64,000 nt of DNA, taken from IMG/VR virus record IMGVR_UViG_3300027985_001318, positions 159,651 to 223,650 of that record, one strand, 5' to 3'. The notes beneath the pieces were generated by a model. It was not told the DNA's origin. It did not search any database and worked only from the letters and a program-made list of their open reading frames with translations. Below, piece after piece: positions 10,091 to 19,226 of the stretch. Made by a program: the position numbers and the translations under genes. Numbering within the stretch: the stretch's first letter is position 1; every line of letters begins with the position of its first letter.

Positions 10091-10420
10091 ATGAATGAAA
10101 AAAACAAGTACAGTTTGGAGGAGTTGGCTCGCATAGTAACCCAGCTGGAAAAGCGCGAGAGCGTGTGTGAAGGCAAAGAGCTTGCTAAAGTGCGCCAACT
10201 TCTGAAGCACTGGCGGTCCCTCTACGTAGAAAAACAAGAATCCATCGTTGCTCGTATGGAGACGTTACTGCGTAAAGGCAAAGATGCCAGTCAGCCGGAT
10301 ATTCTTGACGACCCTCGTTTGTCTGGTTCAGCCCCGCCGCTTGTTCGCGGCAGTAAATTCCACGAATTCGCTGTCAATTTACTGTCGCGGTTCGGCTTTA
10401 AGACCAAACGTCCGAACTAA
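10091..10420 (+). CDS. Hypothetical protein
   Basis: 109-aa ORF, GAGG RBS. Confidence 0.65.
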   Translation: MNEKNKYSLEELARIVTQLEKRESVCEGKELAKVRQLLKHWRSLYVEKQESIVARMETLLRKGKDASQPDILDDPRLSGSAPPLVRGSKFHEFAVNLLSRFGFKTKRPN

Positions 10421-10424
10421 TAAT

Positions 10425-10600
10425 GTGGAGGAGGACCGATTGTTTAGACGATTCGGTCCTCCACTTCTAACAGCTCCTAACTAAAGCGAGGTAACCTTAA
10501 CTAACGCCGACCGTAGTATGGTCAATTATCTTAGGGAGCGAACAGGAGCAACGCATCCCTCTCAACCCTCCGTAAGTCGTAGTCCAAAAGGACGAAAACC
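10425..10600 (+). ncRNA. Candidate structured RNA leader upstream of the transglycosylase
   Basis: About 200-nt gap with several complementary stems (GGAGGACCGA/TCGGTCCTCC; GCTCCTAA/TTAGGGAGC; GACC/GGTC; GTCC-AAAA-GGAC). Confidence 0.3.
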
Positions 10601-10621
10601 CAAGCACAAAGGAAGAGCTCA

Positions 10622-11260
10622 ATGAAACTCCAGTATTTTATTGCAACCTTGTTGTTCTGTGTACTTTCTATTTTCGCAGGTACGGTTCAAGCCAGCGGCT
10701 GGACTAAACATCAATCCGTCATCGTAGACGCGGCGCAGTACGCTCCTATCGAGGCCTCTCAGCTGGCCGCTATCGCTGAGATCGAGTCAGGTTTCCGGAG
10801 TCGCGTTACTAACCGCTACGGGAGTAGCGCCGCCGGGTTGTTTCAAGTCACCAAGGGTACTTGGCGAGCCACGGTGAAACGACATGGTTACAAGCATGGC
10901 ATAACCACAAAGACCAGCCGTTTTAACCCCAGAGCCAATGCTCTGATGACGGCCGAACTTCTCAACGACAATGCTCGTTATATTCGTAAGGTTCTGCATC
11001 GTAAACCTACTGGTGGGGAAATGTTCCTCGCCCATCTTCTCGGTGCTGGCGGTGCCAGCAAACTCTTCAAAGCCAAAGGTTCGGCTAAGGCCGCGTATCT
11101 TTTACCTACGGCCGCTCGAGGTAATAAAACCTTCTTCTATACTTCAGCAGGTAAACCGAGAACCGTTCAACAACTTCGCCTGTACGTCGATTGGAAAATC
11201 AATCAACTGGCTCGCAAGTACGAGCCGTCCGTACAAGAATACCAACTTGCGAAACTTTAA
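10622..11260 (+). CDS. SLT-family lytic transglycosylase with signal peptide
   Basis: IAEIESG catalytic Glu motif, SSAAGLFQ, AHLLGAGGA; N-terminal Sec-type signal ending VQA. Confidence 0.85.
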   Translation: MKLQYFIATLLFCVLSIFAGTVQASGWTKHQSVIVDAAQYAPIEASQLAAIAEIESGFRSRVTNRYGSSAAGLFQVTKGTWRATVKRHGYKHGITTKTSRFNPRANALMTAELLNDNARYIRKVLHRKPTGGEMFLAHLLGAGGASKLFKAKGSAKAAYLLPTAARGNKTFFYTSAGKPRTVQQLRLYVDWKINQLARKYEPSVQEYQLAKL

Positions 11261-11303
11261 AAGAGAGGGGCTAAGCCCCTCTCTTTTTTACGCCTAAGAG
11301 GAA

Positions 11304-11723
11304 ATGGATATGGATTACGTTGATACTAGCAAGATGAGCGATATAGAAACCATCTCTTTGGTGGTATCGTCTGTCGAAGATGGGATCTATAGAACTGAAA
11401 ACAAAAATCTACCGAGCACTACAAGGATTGGCCTGACCAATGATACCGTTATCGAGCTGGTTTCTGTAGTACCGATCTTTCCATCTAAGGGACCCGAACC
11501 TAACCCGATCTCTCGCGATCAGCTAATTTCACTTTTTAACGACTTCGAATTCCTCGGTGAGATTTACGATTTCATAACCGAACGGTATCCTGAGATTCGT
11601 TGTGATCGGATAACAGGTAAAGAGGCCGTGATCTTTTACTGCACTAAATTGACGATCGCAATAGTTAAATATCCAGTCAAAGAATCAAATAACGACATGG
11701 AACAGCCCAGGATACTCCATTAG
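11304..11723 (+). CDS. Hypothetical protein
   Basis: 139-aa ORF with GAGG RBS. Confidence 0.65.
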   Translation: MDMDYVDTSKMSDIETISLVVSSVEDGIYRTENKNLPSTTRIGLTNDTVIELVSVVPIFPSKGPEPNPISRDQLISLFNDFEFLGEIYDFITERYPEIRCDRITGKEAVIFYCTKLTIAIVKYPVKESNNDMEQPRILH

Positions 11724-11807
11724 TTAATTTTTACGAGCTAGATCGTTATATGACCAGAGGGAAGGTTTCGTACCTTCCTTTCTTATTTGCTTCGCTGAGG
11801 AAAAGAA

Positions 11808-12164
11808 ATGGAAGAGAAAGAAAAAGAGTTATCAACCGACCCTTCAGTGAATACTGAGGACAAAGTTAATCGGCACCTTGAACTAATTAATGCCAATATT
11901 AAAAAGAAGGCTTTACCTGGAGCTATGTGGCTTGTGCTGGTAATAGAAGGGCGCGAACCAATACGTCCGCTGACGTTCATATTTAAAAATAACCAGTACG
12001 GCAGCTCGAGCGGTATCTATCGCTCCCTCTTCCAGGTAGAGTCTTTAGATTTTGTGTTTGATATTTCTAAAATCAACCAGCGACGGTGCGTTGAGCAGTT
12101 TGCTAATTTCACCAGCAAACTACTGGCTACCGAAAAAAACTTTGTTTGGGGACCAAACCTTTAG
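11808..12164 (+). CDS. Hypothetical protein (possibly the 5' part of a frameshifted gene)
   Basis: GAGG RBS; overlaps the next ORF across an A7 run. Confidence 0.55.
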   Translation: MEEKEKELSTDPSVNTEDKVNRHLELINANIKKKALPGAMWLVLVIEGREPIRPLTFIFKNNQYGSSSGIYRSLFQVESLDFVFDISKINQRRCVEQFANFTSKLLATEKNFVWGPNL

Positions 12165-12846
12165 AGAAAACATTTTTTACTTAGCCGAAACATTTGGGTT
12201 AGTGTGCGACGATATCGAAAAACCGTTGAGAGAATTCATTGCCGAGCTCGAATCAGAACCAGGATATAATAGTCGGGAACCAGTTCGTTGGAAGTTCCTC
12301 TGCGATACTAACGATAGTGAGCATTTAGGAGGGTACGTTAGCATGTTACTTTCCCAATTAGCTATCAGCAGCAGACGGAGAGATTTGCCGAACATCTCAG
12401 CCATTCCCTCATCCAATTTAGCTAATCCACATCAGATGAGTCGTCGAATGGTCGGTATTAAGAGATATGGCCAGTGTAGTCTTGGAATTTTCAAGGATGC
12501 TAGAATTTACTTTGTAGATTCTTTAAAAGGGCTGGTGGATTTGGAATCTGATCTGAAGCGCCAGGATTTGGTGAGATCGGATAAGCGCAATATGAAGCGC
12601 TGGTTCGATTATCCAGAGCTGCGTGGTAAGACTATCCGATTGAACAATTTTGACTTTGCGATCGTACTGAATCCAGCAATGGCGCGCGAAGGGGAACTTT
12701 GCGGAGTGGTTTCGCATGAAGCGTTCCACGTCGTGGCCTCGCTATGTAAACAGATTGGCTACAACCCACTTAACGAGCAAGAGCCAGCAGCTTATCTGCT
12801 AGAATATCTGGTGAGTCAAGCCATGGGCTTCTACCAACCGCGATAG
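12052..12846 (+). CDS. HExxH-motif protein, putative zinc metallopeptidase-like; start uncertain
   Basis: SHEAFH...EQEPAAYLLEYL. Confidence 0.5.
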   Translation: MCLIFLKSTSDGALSSLLISPANYWLPKKTLFGDQTFRENIFYLAETFGLVCDDIEKPLREFIAELESEPGYNSREPVRWKFLCDTNDSEHLGGYVSMLLSQLAISSRRRDLPNISAIPSSNLANPHQMSRRMVGIKRYGQCSLGIFKDARIYFVDSLKGLVDLESDLKRQDLVRSDKRNMKRWFDYPELRGKTIRLNNFDFAIVLNPAMAREGELCGVVSHEAFHVVASLCKQIGYNPLNEQEPAAYLLEYLVSQAMGFYQPR

Positions 12847-12855
12847 GAAATTTCC

Positions 12856-13392
12856 ATGAACAATCTGAACTTATTACTAGTGCCTTGGACTATCGAGAAA
12901 ACAGCAAAGAACATCGCCAAGGCAGAAGTATTGGATTCTAGCTGTATCGTACGCACTGGGGTAAAGACCACGTCAGAGGCTCTAGAAGCCGCTGTAAGCG
13001 AAGTCCTCGTAAACCACAACACTTTGCTCGATAAGTTGCTCAAAGTCATCCACGATGGCGCTAAGGAGGCTGTAACGAAACACCGGATTCCTAAGGAGAA
13101 TTTCGATAACTTCCGTAAACGTGTCTTTGTCGAAGTTAATGAAGAGCCTATTTGTAACGGTAGTCGTTACATCAAGAACTTAGTGTCCGAGGTCTTTGGT
13201 CGTACTAAAGAGATTTCTACGAGTAACATGCTGTTGCTGTTGACTTATTTCTACGTGGCTCTCGAGAAACATCATACAGGCAAACAACCTAAGCAATACA
13301 AGATGCCAGGAGATGGGCTATTAAGCAATCTTCACGACCCGTTTCTTTACCAAAAACTTCAACAGGAGATCTCAAGTGAAACAATTAAGTGA
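12856..13392 (+). CDS. Hypothetical protein
   Basis: 178-aa ORF, AGGA RBS. Confidence 0.7.
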   Translation: MNNLNLLLVPWTIEKTAKNIAKAEVLDSSCIVRTGVKTTSEALEAAVSEVLVNHNTLLDKLLKVIHDGAKEAVTKHRIPKENFDNFRKRVFVEVNEEPICNGSRYIKNLVSEVFGRTKEISTSNMLLLLTYFYVALEKHHTGKQPKQYKMPGDGLLSNLHDPFLYQKLQQEISSETIK

Positions 13393-14026
13393 TTCCTTGT
13401 TACTTAAGCTGTTCCAAGCCATGCGTTATTTGCAAAGAACTGGCAGTGATGTTGCAAGTCTCGATCTCGACAGCCTGGAAGAACTTTGGGAGTTTGATGA
13501 TTTCGTCAAAGATAGCGATCGGTTCTTTAGATACGCCAGTGTTCGCACAGTAATGGTTGACCTGAAAGATAAAAAACTACAATACAACTTTGGGGTATCT
13601 AGTGCCGCAACTGATCGAGCTTTACGTGCCGCTCGAAAGTATCCTGACTTTATCGAGTTATCCATTCGGACAGCTTTCTTTAAACAAGACGGCGTAGAGC
13701 CAGCTGAAAATCTCCACCTACAACTGGCTCGTTCGAGGACCGAGAAAGACCCCGGTATAGGACAGATGTTTATCGAGCACCTGGCGCCGCTAGAAGTACT
13801 TCTCGCAACCGCTTACATCTACAATCAGTTGCGAAACAGACTGATAGGCGATAAACCCACTATGGTGATCGACGGGCTCAGTTCCACTATCGAGCTCTCA
13901 GGTGATGAATTCGAAAAGCTCGCCTTTGTGGCTACTATCGATCCCCCAAAAAACGGATTTCCTAATTCACATACGCTGAGTTTCACTTACGCTGGAACTG
14001 AGCGATCTATTGGAGTGTCCTCATGA
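13376..14026 (+). CDS. Hypothetical protein
   Basis: GTG start with AGGAG RBS. Confidence 0.7.
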   Translation: MKQLSDSLLLKLFQAMRYLQRTGSDVASLDLDSLEELWEFDDFVKDSDRFFRYASVRTVMVDLKDKKLQYNFGVSSAATDRALRAARKYPDFIELSIRTAFFKQDGVEPAENLHLQLARSRTEKDPGIGQMFIEHLAPLEVLLATAYIYNQLRNRLIGDKPTMVIDGLSSTIELSGDEFEKLAFVATIDPPKNGFPNSHTLSFTYAGTERSIGVSS

Positions 14027-14313
14027 CTTTAAACCTACGTAACTTTCATGACGAATTTGCCGCCGAAGTTGAGCAAAAAGCTGAAACTGAAGAGCAAAAG
14101 ATCGCCGGCAAGAAAGTCCTGTGGATGATCATCGAAAGAGGGTTTAGTTTTACGCACTCTACTAAGTCTATGGCCAAAAAGCACGGCATTAAATGCGCGC
14201 CACTGATGCGCTTGATACGTGGTATTTTGCCAGAAGAATACTTCGAGGATCAGCAACGCAAAGGATTGGAAACGGCGCGTGCAATACGCGCAGCCAAAGC
14301 AAAAACAAAATAA
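14023..14313 (+). CDS. Hypothetical basic protein, possible HTH
   Basis: STKSMAKKHGIKCAPLMRLIR resembles a helix-turn-helix; ATGA overlap. Confidence 0.55.
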   Translation: MTLNLRNFHDEFAAEVEQKAETEEQKIAGKKVLWMIIERGFSFTHSTKSMAKKHGIKCAPLMRLIRGILPEEYFEDQQRKGLETARAIRAAKAKTK

Positions 14314-14335
14314 TCCATTCTATCAAGGAGCTTCT

Positions 14336-14737
14336 ATGCTACTGCAACTACTAGACCCTACTACAGAGCAAGAAGCTCTCAGCGGAACCCCAATCGCATC
14401 AGCACGCGTTAGACTGTCGCATAGCGAGCGTGCCGATGCAGAACCTATCGTGTTTGTCAATAGTTTGTCGCCGCGCCTGTTGTATTTCAGGGCGTTCTGG
14501 ACCGACGCTAAAACAGACACCTGCAACGGCAATCCTTTAGGGATTTCTGAAACGGAAGTCTACGAGATTCTCGGAGTGCTTGGACTCACCGCCAGATCAG
14601 TCGAAAAAACCGATGAGTTTACCGACGAACTTTACTATTTCCCGATCATCCGTCCGGAAGAAATCCTGCTGCGTTACGGATGGTGGCAAGTAACCATTAC
14701 AACCGACGTTGACTATGGAGTAATCAATGAAGATTAA
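14336..14737 (+). CDS. Hypothetical protein
   Basis: AAGGAG RBS before ATG 14336. Confidence 0.7.
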   Translation: MLLQLLDPTTEQEALSGTPIASARVRLSHSERADAEPIVFVNSLSPRLLYFRAFWTDAKTDTCNGNPLGISETEVYEILGVLGLTARSVEKTDEFTDELYYFPIIRPEEILLRYGWWQVTITTDVDYGVINED

Positions 14738-15602
14738 ATCAATTCATGTAGAATTGGTGCGAGCCACTGGAGCTGGTGGAGAACCAGCTCCAGTGATCAT
14801 TCAGGTTCGAGAAACCAGAGTACCGCTGGAAGAACTGAGCTTCGATTGGCGTAAATCTATCGGTAAAGGTCCTTTCGATATTGACAGTTTCATTGAACAG
14901 ATGGTGCGGTCAGTAATGGTGACGGCCGGTAAAGGTGAGTGTGAAAATAAGAGCGGGAGAGCTTATCGGCTTGGTAAGTTTCTGCGGCTCTGGAAACAGT
15001 TAATACATCGGCAGTATCAAAACGAACGTTTCCTTGAGCGACGCCACGCAACCATAGTGACGGGCTGCGTTTTTGCAGTATATGTCGAAACGGACACCGA
15101 TAAGTACACTTTCACCGGTTGTATGAACGAGTTTTTCCCTGAAGACCCAGAAGAGCTACTGACACATATCGGTACCTATATTCCGTTACTGATGAAAATC
15201 GGAACTCCAAGGAAAGGCTCCGAGGATCTGGTCCGAACTCGCCGTTCTGTCGGCGACGGTGAGCATTGCATCGATTTCTCGCTAACGGATAGCTACGAAG
15301 TAGTGAGAAACTTTACCAAGGAGCGTTTCAGTGAACCCTGGCAAGGTACCGAGTTGACCGATAGTTGGTGGAACCTAATCAGCGCCTGGAATGAACAGCG
15401 CGGCGAGTACCCGCTCACTGTAGGCGGTAAACTCAAGTATCACCAAACCATCGTAAATGATGTACGTCGAGCGATAGATGCCAAGGAATATCGCGCAGAT
15501 GCTCCAATCGGTTATCTTTGGCGTAAACTCCTTCCCGAGTTTGACTGGGAAGATTTCTTCTACTTTTACAACGATGATATTCATTACTTGGAGCAAGATT
15601 AA
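14727..15602 (+). CDS. Hypothetical protein
   Basis: 291-aa ORF, GGAG RBS. Confidence 0.75.
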   Translation: MKIKSIHVELVRATGAGGEPAPVIIQVRETRVPLEELSFDWRKSIGKGPFDIDSFIEQMVRSVMVTAGKGECENKSGRAYRLGKFLRLWKQLIHRQYQNERFLERRHATIVTGCVFAVYVETDTDKYTFTGCMNEFFPEDPEELLTHIGTYIPLLMKIGTPRKGSEDLVRTRRSVGDGEHCIDFSLTDSYEVVRNFTKERFSEPWQGTELTDSWWNLISAWNEQRGEYPLTVGGKLKYHQTIVNDVRRAIDAKEYRADAPIGYLWRKLLPEFDWEDFFYFYNDDIHYLEQD

Positions 15603-16255
15603 TGCGCATTTCTGATTCACTTCTAAGACAACAGCTTCTCGGTGTGGAATCTGACGATATCCTTAACTCGGTCTATTGGATTATAAACGGTGAGCAAATG
15701 GAAGCCGTTAATGGGTTGTCAATAACCCCTAAGCCGGCCAGTGAGGATATCAGTGGTGTCACAGTGGATGTACATTTGGATAGCGAATTCCAAGTCCCTC
15801 GTTACAACGATGACTATAGCCTGAATACTACCGAGATCGATCTGTCGCTACCTCGGGCCGAGCTGTCGGCACTAGCTGCACAAGTCTTTCAGAAACATGA
15901 AGGTGACTACGTTCTTCAGCCCGGTGAGTTCTGTTTGGGAAGTACTCTCGAGACTATCAATATCCCACGGACTCTGGTTGGATGGTTGGATGGACGTTCT
16001 ACGTTGGCTCGCTTCGGCTTGTTGGTGCATGTAACTGCCCACCGCATCGATCCCGGTTGGAATGGTAAAGTAGTCCTGGAATTTTACAATGCCGGTAACT
16101 GCCCGGTACGTTTGGTTCCAGGAATGAAAATTGGGGCAGTTAGCTTCGAAACCATCCACGGTGCTGTCGTCAGCGCCTATGGTGAGCGCGCCGATGCTTC
16201 TTACAAAGATCAAGATTCCGTACTGCTTCCTGGTGGTATGAAACAAGAGGCGTAA
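15602..16255 (+). CDS. dcd: dCTP deaminase
   Basis: LQPGEFCLGSTLE, GWLDGRSTLARFGLLVHVTAHRIDPGWNGKVVLEFYN. Confidence 0.95.
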   Translation: MRISDSLLRQQLLGVESDDILNSVYWIINGEQMEAVNGLSITPKPASEDISGVTVDVHLDSEFQVPRYNDDYSLNTTEIDLSLPRAELSALAAQVFQKHEGDYVLQPGEFCLGSTLETINIPRTLVGWLDGRSTLARFGLLVHVTAHRIDPGWNGKVVLEFYNAGNCPVRLVPGMKIGAVSFETIHGAVVSAYGERADASYKDQDSVLLPGGMKQEA

Positions 16256-16292
16256 AAGAGGAGGGCTTTCGCCCTCCTTCTTTTTTTGCCTT

Positions 16293-16697
16293 TTACTTGA
16301 AAAGCTTGGTTACGGCAGCGGTCAGGTTCTTGAACCATACGGACTTGATACCGAAATAGTTCAGCACTACTACTGCAGGCGAATATGCCTTAAAACCAGC
16401 GTATTCTTGACCAGGTTGCTCAAACGGTACGCGCTGGATGTTATCGCAGTAATACCCACCGATCTTCACGACCATATGGCCGACACCGTAGTAGGTGCAG
16501 TGATACAGAACGGCTTTTTTCTGAAAGATTGGTTTCCAGAATTCGCCGAAATGGCGCAACACCAGGTTCAGAGAAAAGCCATCACAGTCATCCTTAACGA
16601 TACCTTTCTTCGGCCAGAGTTTCCAATGGTCGATTTTCTCCGGGGTATAGATGAAGTTGCTTTTCAGGTCAGCAACTGATTTGAACAGGTCCATCAT
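16293..16697 (-). CDS. Transglutaminase-like cysteine proteinase (BTLCP/LapG-like)
   Basis: DHW..DDCDGF..GHMVV..CDN gives a Cys-His-Asp triad; GGAG RBS before ATG 16697. Confidence 0.6.
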   Translation of the reverse strand: MMDLFKSVADLKSNFIYTPEKIDHWKLWPKKGIVKDDCDGFSLNLVLRHFGEFWKPIFQKKAVLYHCTYYGVGHMVVKIGGYYCDNIQRVPFEQPGQEYAGFKAYSPAVVVLNYFGIKSVWFKNLTAAVTKLFK

Positions 16698-16736
16698 ACG
16701 TTTTCTCCAACAGAGTTTACTCACAGTATGCACAGT

Positions 16737-16770
16737 AAAGATTTTTTAAAACCTATATCACTCTAGTGGT
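16737..16770 (+). promoter_or_regulatory. Putative early phage promoter (variant)
   Basis: AAACCTATATCACTCTAGTG upstream of the ligase. Confidence 0.5.
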
Positions 16771-16822
16771 TAAAGATTACGTTGCGATACAATTTATACT
16801 ACACAGAGATGTGGAGGTGGAG

Positions 16823-18865
16823 ATGACTGAATTGATGAAGAAGCAGGAAGAGCTTACTAAGCTCTTGAAAAAGCACTGTCGTGCGTACTATCGCGACGAC
16901 AACCCCGAACTCTCTGACTGCGAGTACGACCAGCTCTTTCTGGACCTTAAGGCAATGGAAGCAGCTACCGGTGTAGTTTTTCCCGGCTCGCCAACTCAAA
17001 CTGTTGGTGGTGACTGTTTGGAGTTCTTCGAAGAAGTCCGACATAACACCCCGATGCTCTCACTAGATAACGTCTTCAACTCAGAAGAACTGTTGAAGTG
17101 GCTGAACGGACTTAAAGCTACTATTGGTCGAGACGTTGAGTACTTGATCGAACCTAAGCTGGATGGCTTGGCTTTGCGAGTACTTTATCGTAATGGTATC
17201 CTGGAAACCGCAGCTACTCGCGGTGACGGGGTCGTTGGTGAGAACGTAACTGCCAACGCCAGAACGATCTGGAACCTACCGCAACGTTTGGATACCGACA
17301 ACCCACCTGGGGTTTATGAGGTCTCTGGTGAAGTAGTGATGTCCAAGAAACGTTTCAATGCACTTAACCAAGCTCGGGTTGAACGCAGTGAAAAACCGTT
17401 TGCTACTTGCCGCAATGCTGCAGCCGGTAGTATTCGTCAGCTGGACTCTAAAGTAGCAGCTAGTCGCGGTTTGGCGTTTTACGCCTACCAAGTATCTAGC
17501 GGTACAACCAGACTGGAGCATGTGGCGGCGATGGAGGAGGCTGCGTCGTATGGCTTCGAGTTAGCTCTCGATGTAGTTAAACTCCCCATGCGCGATCAAC
17601 TGGGTTGCGCTGATCTGGAAGACTTGCTGGAACTGTGGAATGGCGTCCGCAAAGAAGCGGCGTACGATACTGATGGCTTGGTTTTCAAAGTCAACGAGTT
17701 CGTTGATCAGGAACAGCTGGGTTTCACTGGCCGCGTGCCGCGCTGGGCCATTGCCTACAAGTTTCCGGCCAAAGAAGCTACCAGTAAGTTGCGGACCGTA
17801 GACTTTCAAGTTGGACGTACTGGAGTTATCACTCCGGTAGCTAACTTCGATACGGTGAACATCGACGGAGTTCTGGTAAGCCGCGCGACTATTCATAACG
17901 CTGACGAGTTGGCTCGTCTCGGTATTCGTTATGGCGATATGTTGGTAGTACACCGTGCTGGTGAAGTTATTCCGCAGATACTCAGACGGTACGCAGATCC
18001 TTCAGTGGCGGAGTTGGGAGCGCCGGTGGTGTTTCCGACGAACTGTCCGGAGTGCGGTAGTTTGCTGGAACGAATCCCTGGCGAAGCTGAAACCTACTGT
18101 CCGAATAGCAACGGTTGTCCGGCACAGCAACAGAACTCTCTGATCCATTTCGCTTCACGAAAAGCTCTTGATATCCAGGGCTTCGGTGACCGTACGGTAG
18201 AGACGTTCTACAACGAAGGTCTGTTGGAGACGGTGACTGATTTCTTCACCATCTTCGAAGATGAAGATAAGAAAGCCATCATTCGCGATTTACCTGGTTT
18301 CGGACAGCGTAGTATCGATGTGCTGGAGAAATCCGTCTATCGCGTACAGTCCGATAAACTGGAGCTTGGTAGACTGATCTACGCTCTGGGAATCCATAAC
18401 GTAGGTTGGTCCACTGCCCGCGACTTCGCTCGCTGGGTACTTGCCAACGATCGTTTCGAAGATCTGTTCAAGGTAGGTGGTTTTACAGCTGAAGAGCTGA
18501 TGACCATTAAAGACATTGGTCCAGTAACTTCTCTGGCTATTGTCGACTACCTCAAACGTCCTGAGAACATAGCGATCCTGAAAGACCTGCGTGAGAAGCT
18601 GAATATCTCCTTGGTTAAGGCGGAAGTACAGCCTCTGGCCGGTAAGGTGATTGTTATCACTGGATCGTTTGTCCAAGTGGATCGAGAAGTACTTAAGAAC
18701 CACCTGGAATCGCTGGGGGCTAAGGTAAGTGGTTCCGTGTCCGGTAAAACCGATTTCTTGTTGGCCGGTAACGACGGCGGTAAAAAGCTCAGTGAGGCTT
18801 TGACGCTTGGCGTGACGATACTGCAAGGTGAGGAGTTGTTTAAGCAGGACTGGTGGGTGTTCTGA
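16823..18865 (+). CDS. ligA: NAD-dependent DNA ligase
   Basis: PMLSLDN, EPKLDG adenylation motif, TRGDG, PRWAIAYKF, Cys4 zinc finger, HhH, BRCT; GGAGG RBS. Confidence 0.96.
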   Translation: MTELMKKQEELTKLLKKHCRAYYRDDNPELSDCEYDQLFLDLKAMEAATGVVFPGSPTQTVGGDCLEFFEEVRHNTPMLSLDNVFNSEELLKWLNGLKATIGRDVEYLIEPKLDGLALRVLYRNGILETAATRGDGVVGENVTANARTIWNLPQRLDTDNPPGVYEVSGEVVMSKKRFNALNQARVERSEKPFATCRNAAAGSIRQLDSKVAASRGLAFYAYQVSSGTTRLEHVAAMEEAASYGFELALDVVKLPMRDQLGCADLEDLLELWNGVRKEAAYDTDGLVFKVNEFVDQEQLGFTGRVPRWAIAYKFPAKEATSKLRTVDFQVGRTGVITPVANFDTVNIDGVLVSRATIHNADELARLGIRYGDMLVVHRAGEVIPQILRRYADPSVAELGAPVVFPTNCPECGSLLERIPGEAETYCPNSNGCPAQQQNSLIHFASRKALDIQGFGDRTVETFYNEGLLETVTDFFTIFEDEDKKAIIRDLPGFGQRSIDVLEKSVYRVQSDKLELGRLIYALGIHNVGWSTARDFARWVLANDRFEDLFKVGGFTAEELMTIKDIGPVTSLAIVDYLKRPENIAILKDLREKLNISLVKAEVQPLAGKVIVITGSFVQVDREVLKNHLESLGAKVSGSVSGKTDFLLAGNDGGKKLSEALTLGVTILQGEELFKQDWWVF

Positions 18866-19215
18866 TGGGAAAACAAGATACCAGTAGAGGTTTTGCCGGT
18901 ATCACCTTAGTGAGTTCAACGAAGACTGAAGGTTTTCATGTAAAGAAAGCTATCAGACAAAAAACTCCGCTTGGGCTCACTAAGGTTAAAATTGTTTTGC
19001 CGGTCGATTTATTCGAAAGACCTTTCAGATGGCAAATCAAGATCTGGGCTAGAACCGCAGACCTAGAGCAGAGTAAGTACGAGACAGAACTCGAAGTAAA
19101 GTCTCCTTCTACTATCACGGAGCTGGAACCAGCTATCGAAGAATTGTTAATGGAATTATTACTCGAAGCTAAAGAAGTAGTCGAGTACGGTTACAATGCA
19201 ACTATTGTTAAATAA
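18865..19215 (+). CDS. Hypothetical protein, paralog of 40272..40652
   Basis: TGATG coupling to ligA; shared P-x-x-W...KS..TI.E..P...ELL.E...G...TI.K pattern. Confidence 0.65.
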   Translation: MGKQDTSRGFAGITLVSSTKTEGFHVKKAIRQKTPLGLTKVKIVLPVDLFERPFRWQIKIWARTADLEQSKYETELEVKSPSTITELEPAIEELLMELLLEAKEVVEYGYNATIVK

Positions 19216-19226
19216 GGAGAGTTGTT

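Noticed and set aside
9452-10237. Long antisense ORFs (also 4213-4980, 26301-26993, 36708-37460, 60681-61334)
   Set aside because: Shadow frames opposite well-supported genes, with no RBS or motifs
10480-10580. c-di-AMP (ydaO) riboswitch ahead of a wall hydrolase
   Set aside because: Only a short CTCCGTAAG resemblance; the other conserved blocks are missing
10570-10600. Hammerhead ribozyme (GTCC-AAAA-GGAC-GAAA)
   Set aside because: The required upstream CUGANGA core is absent
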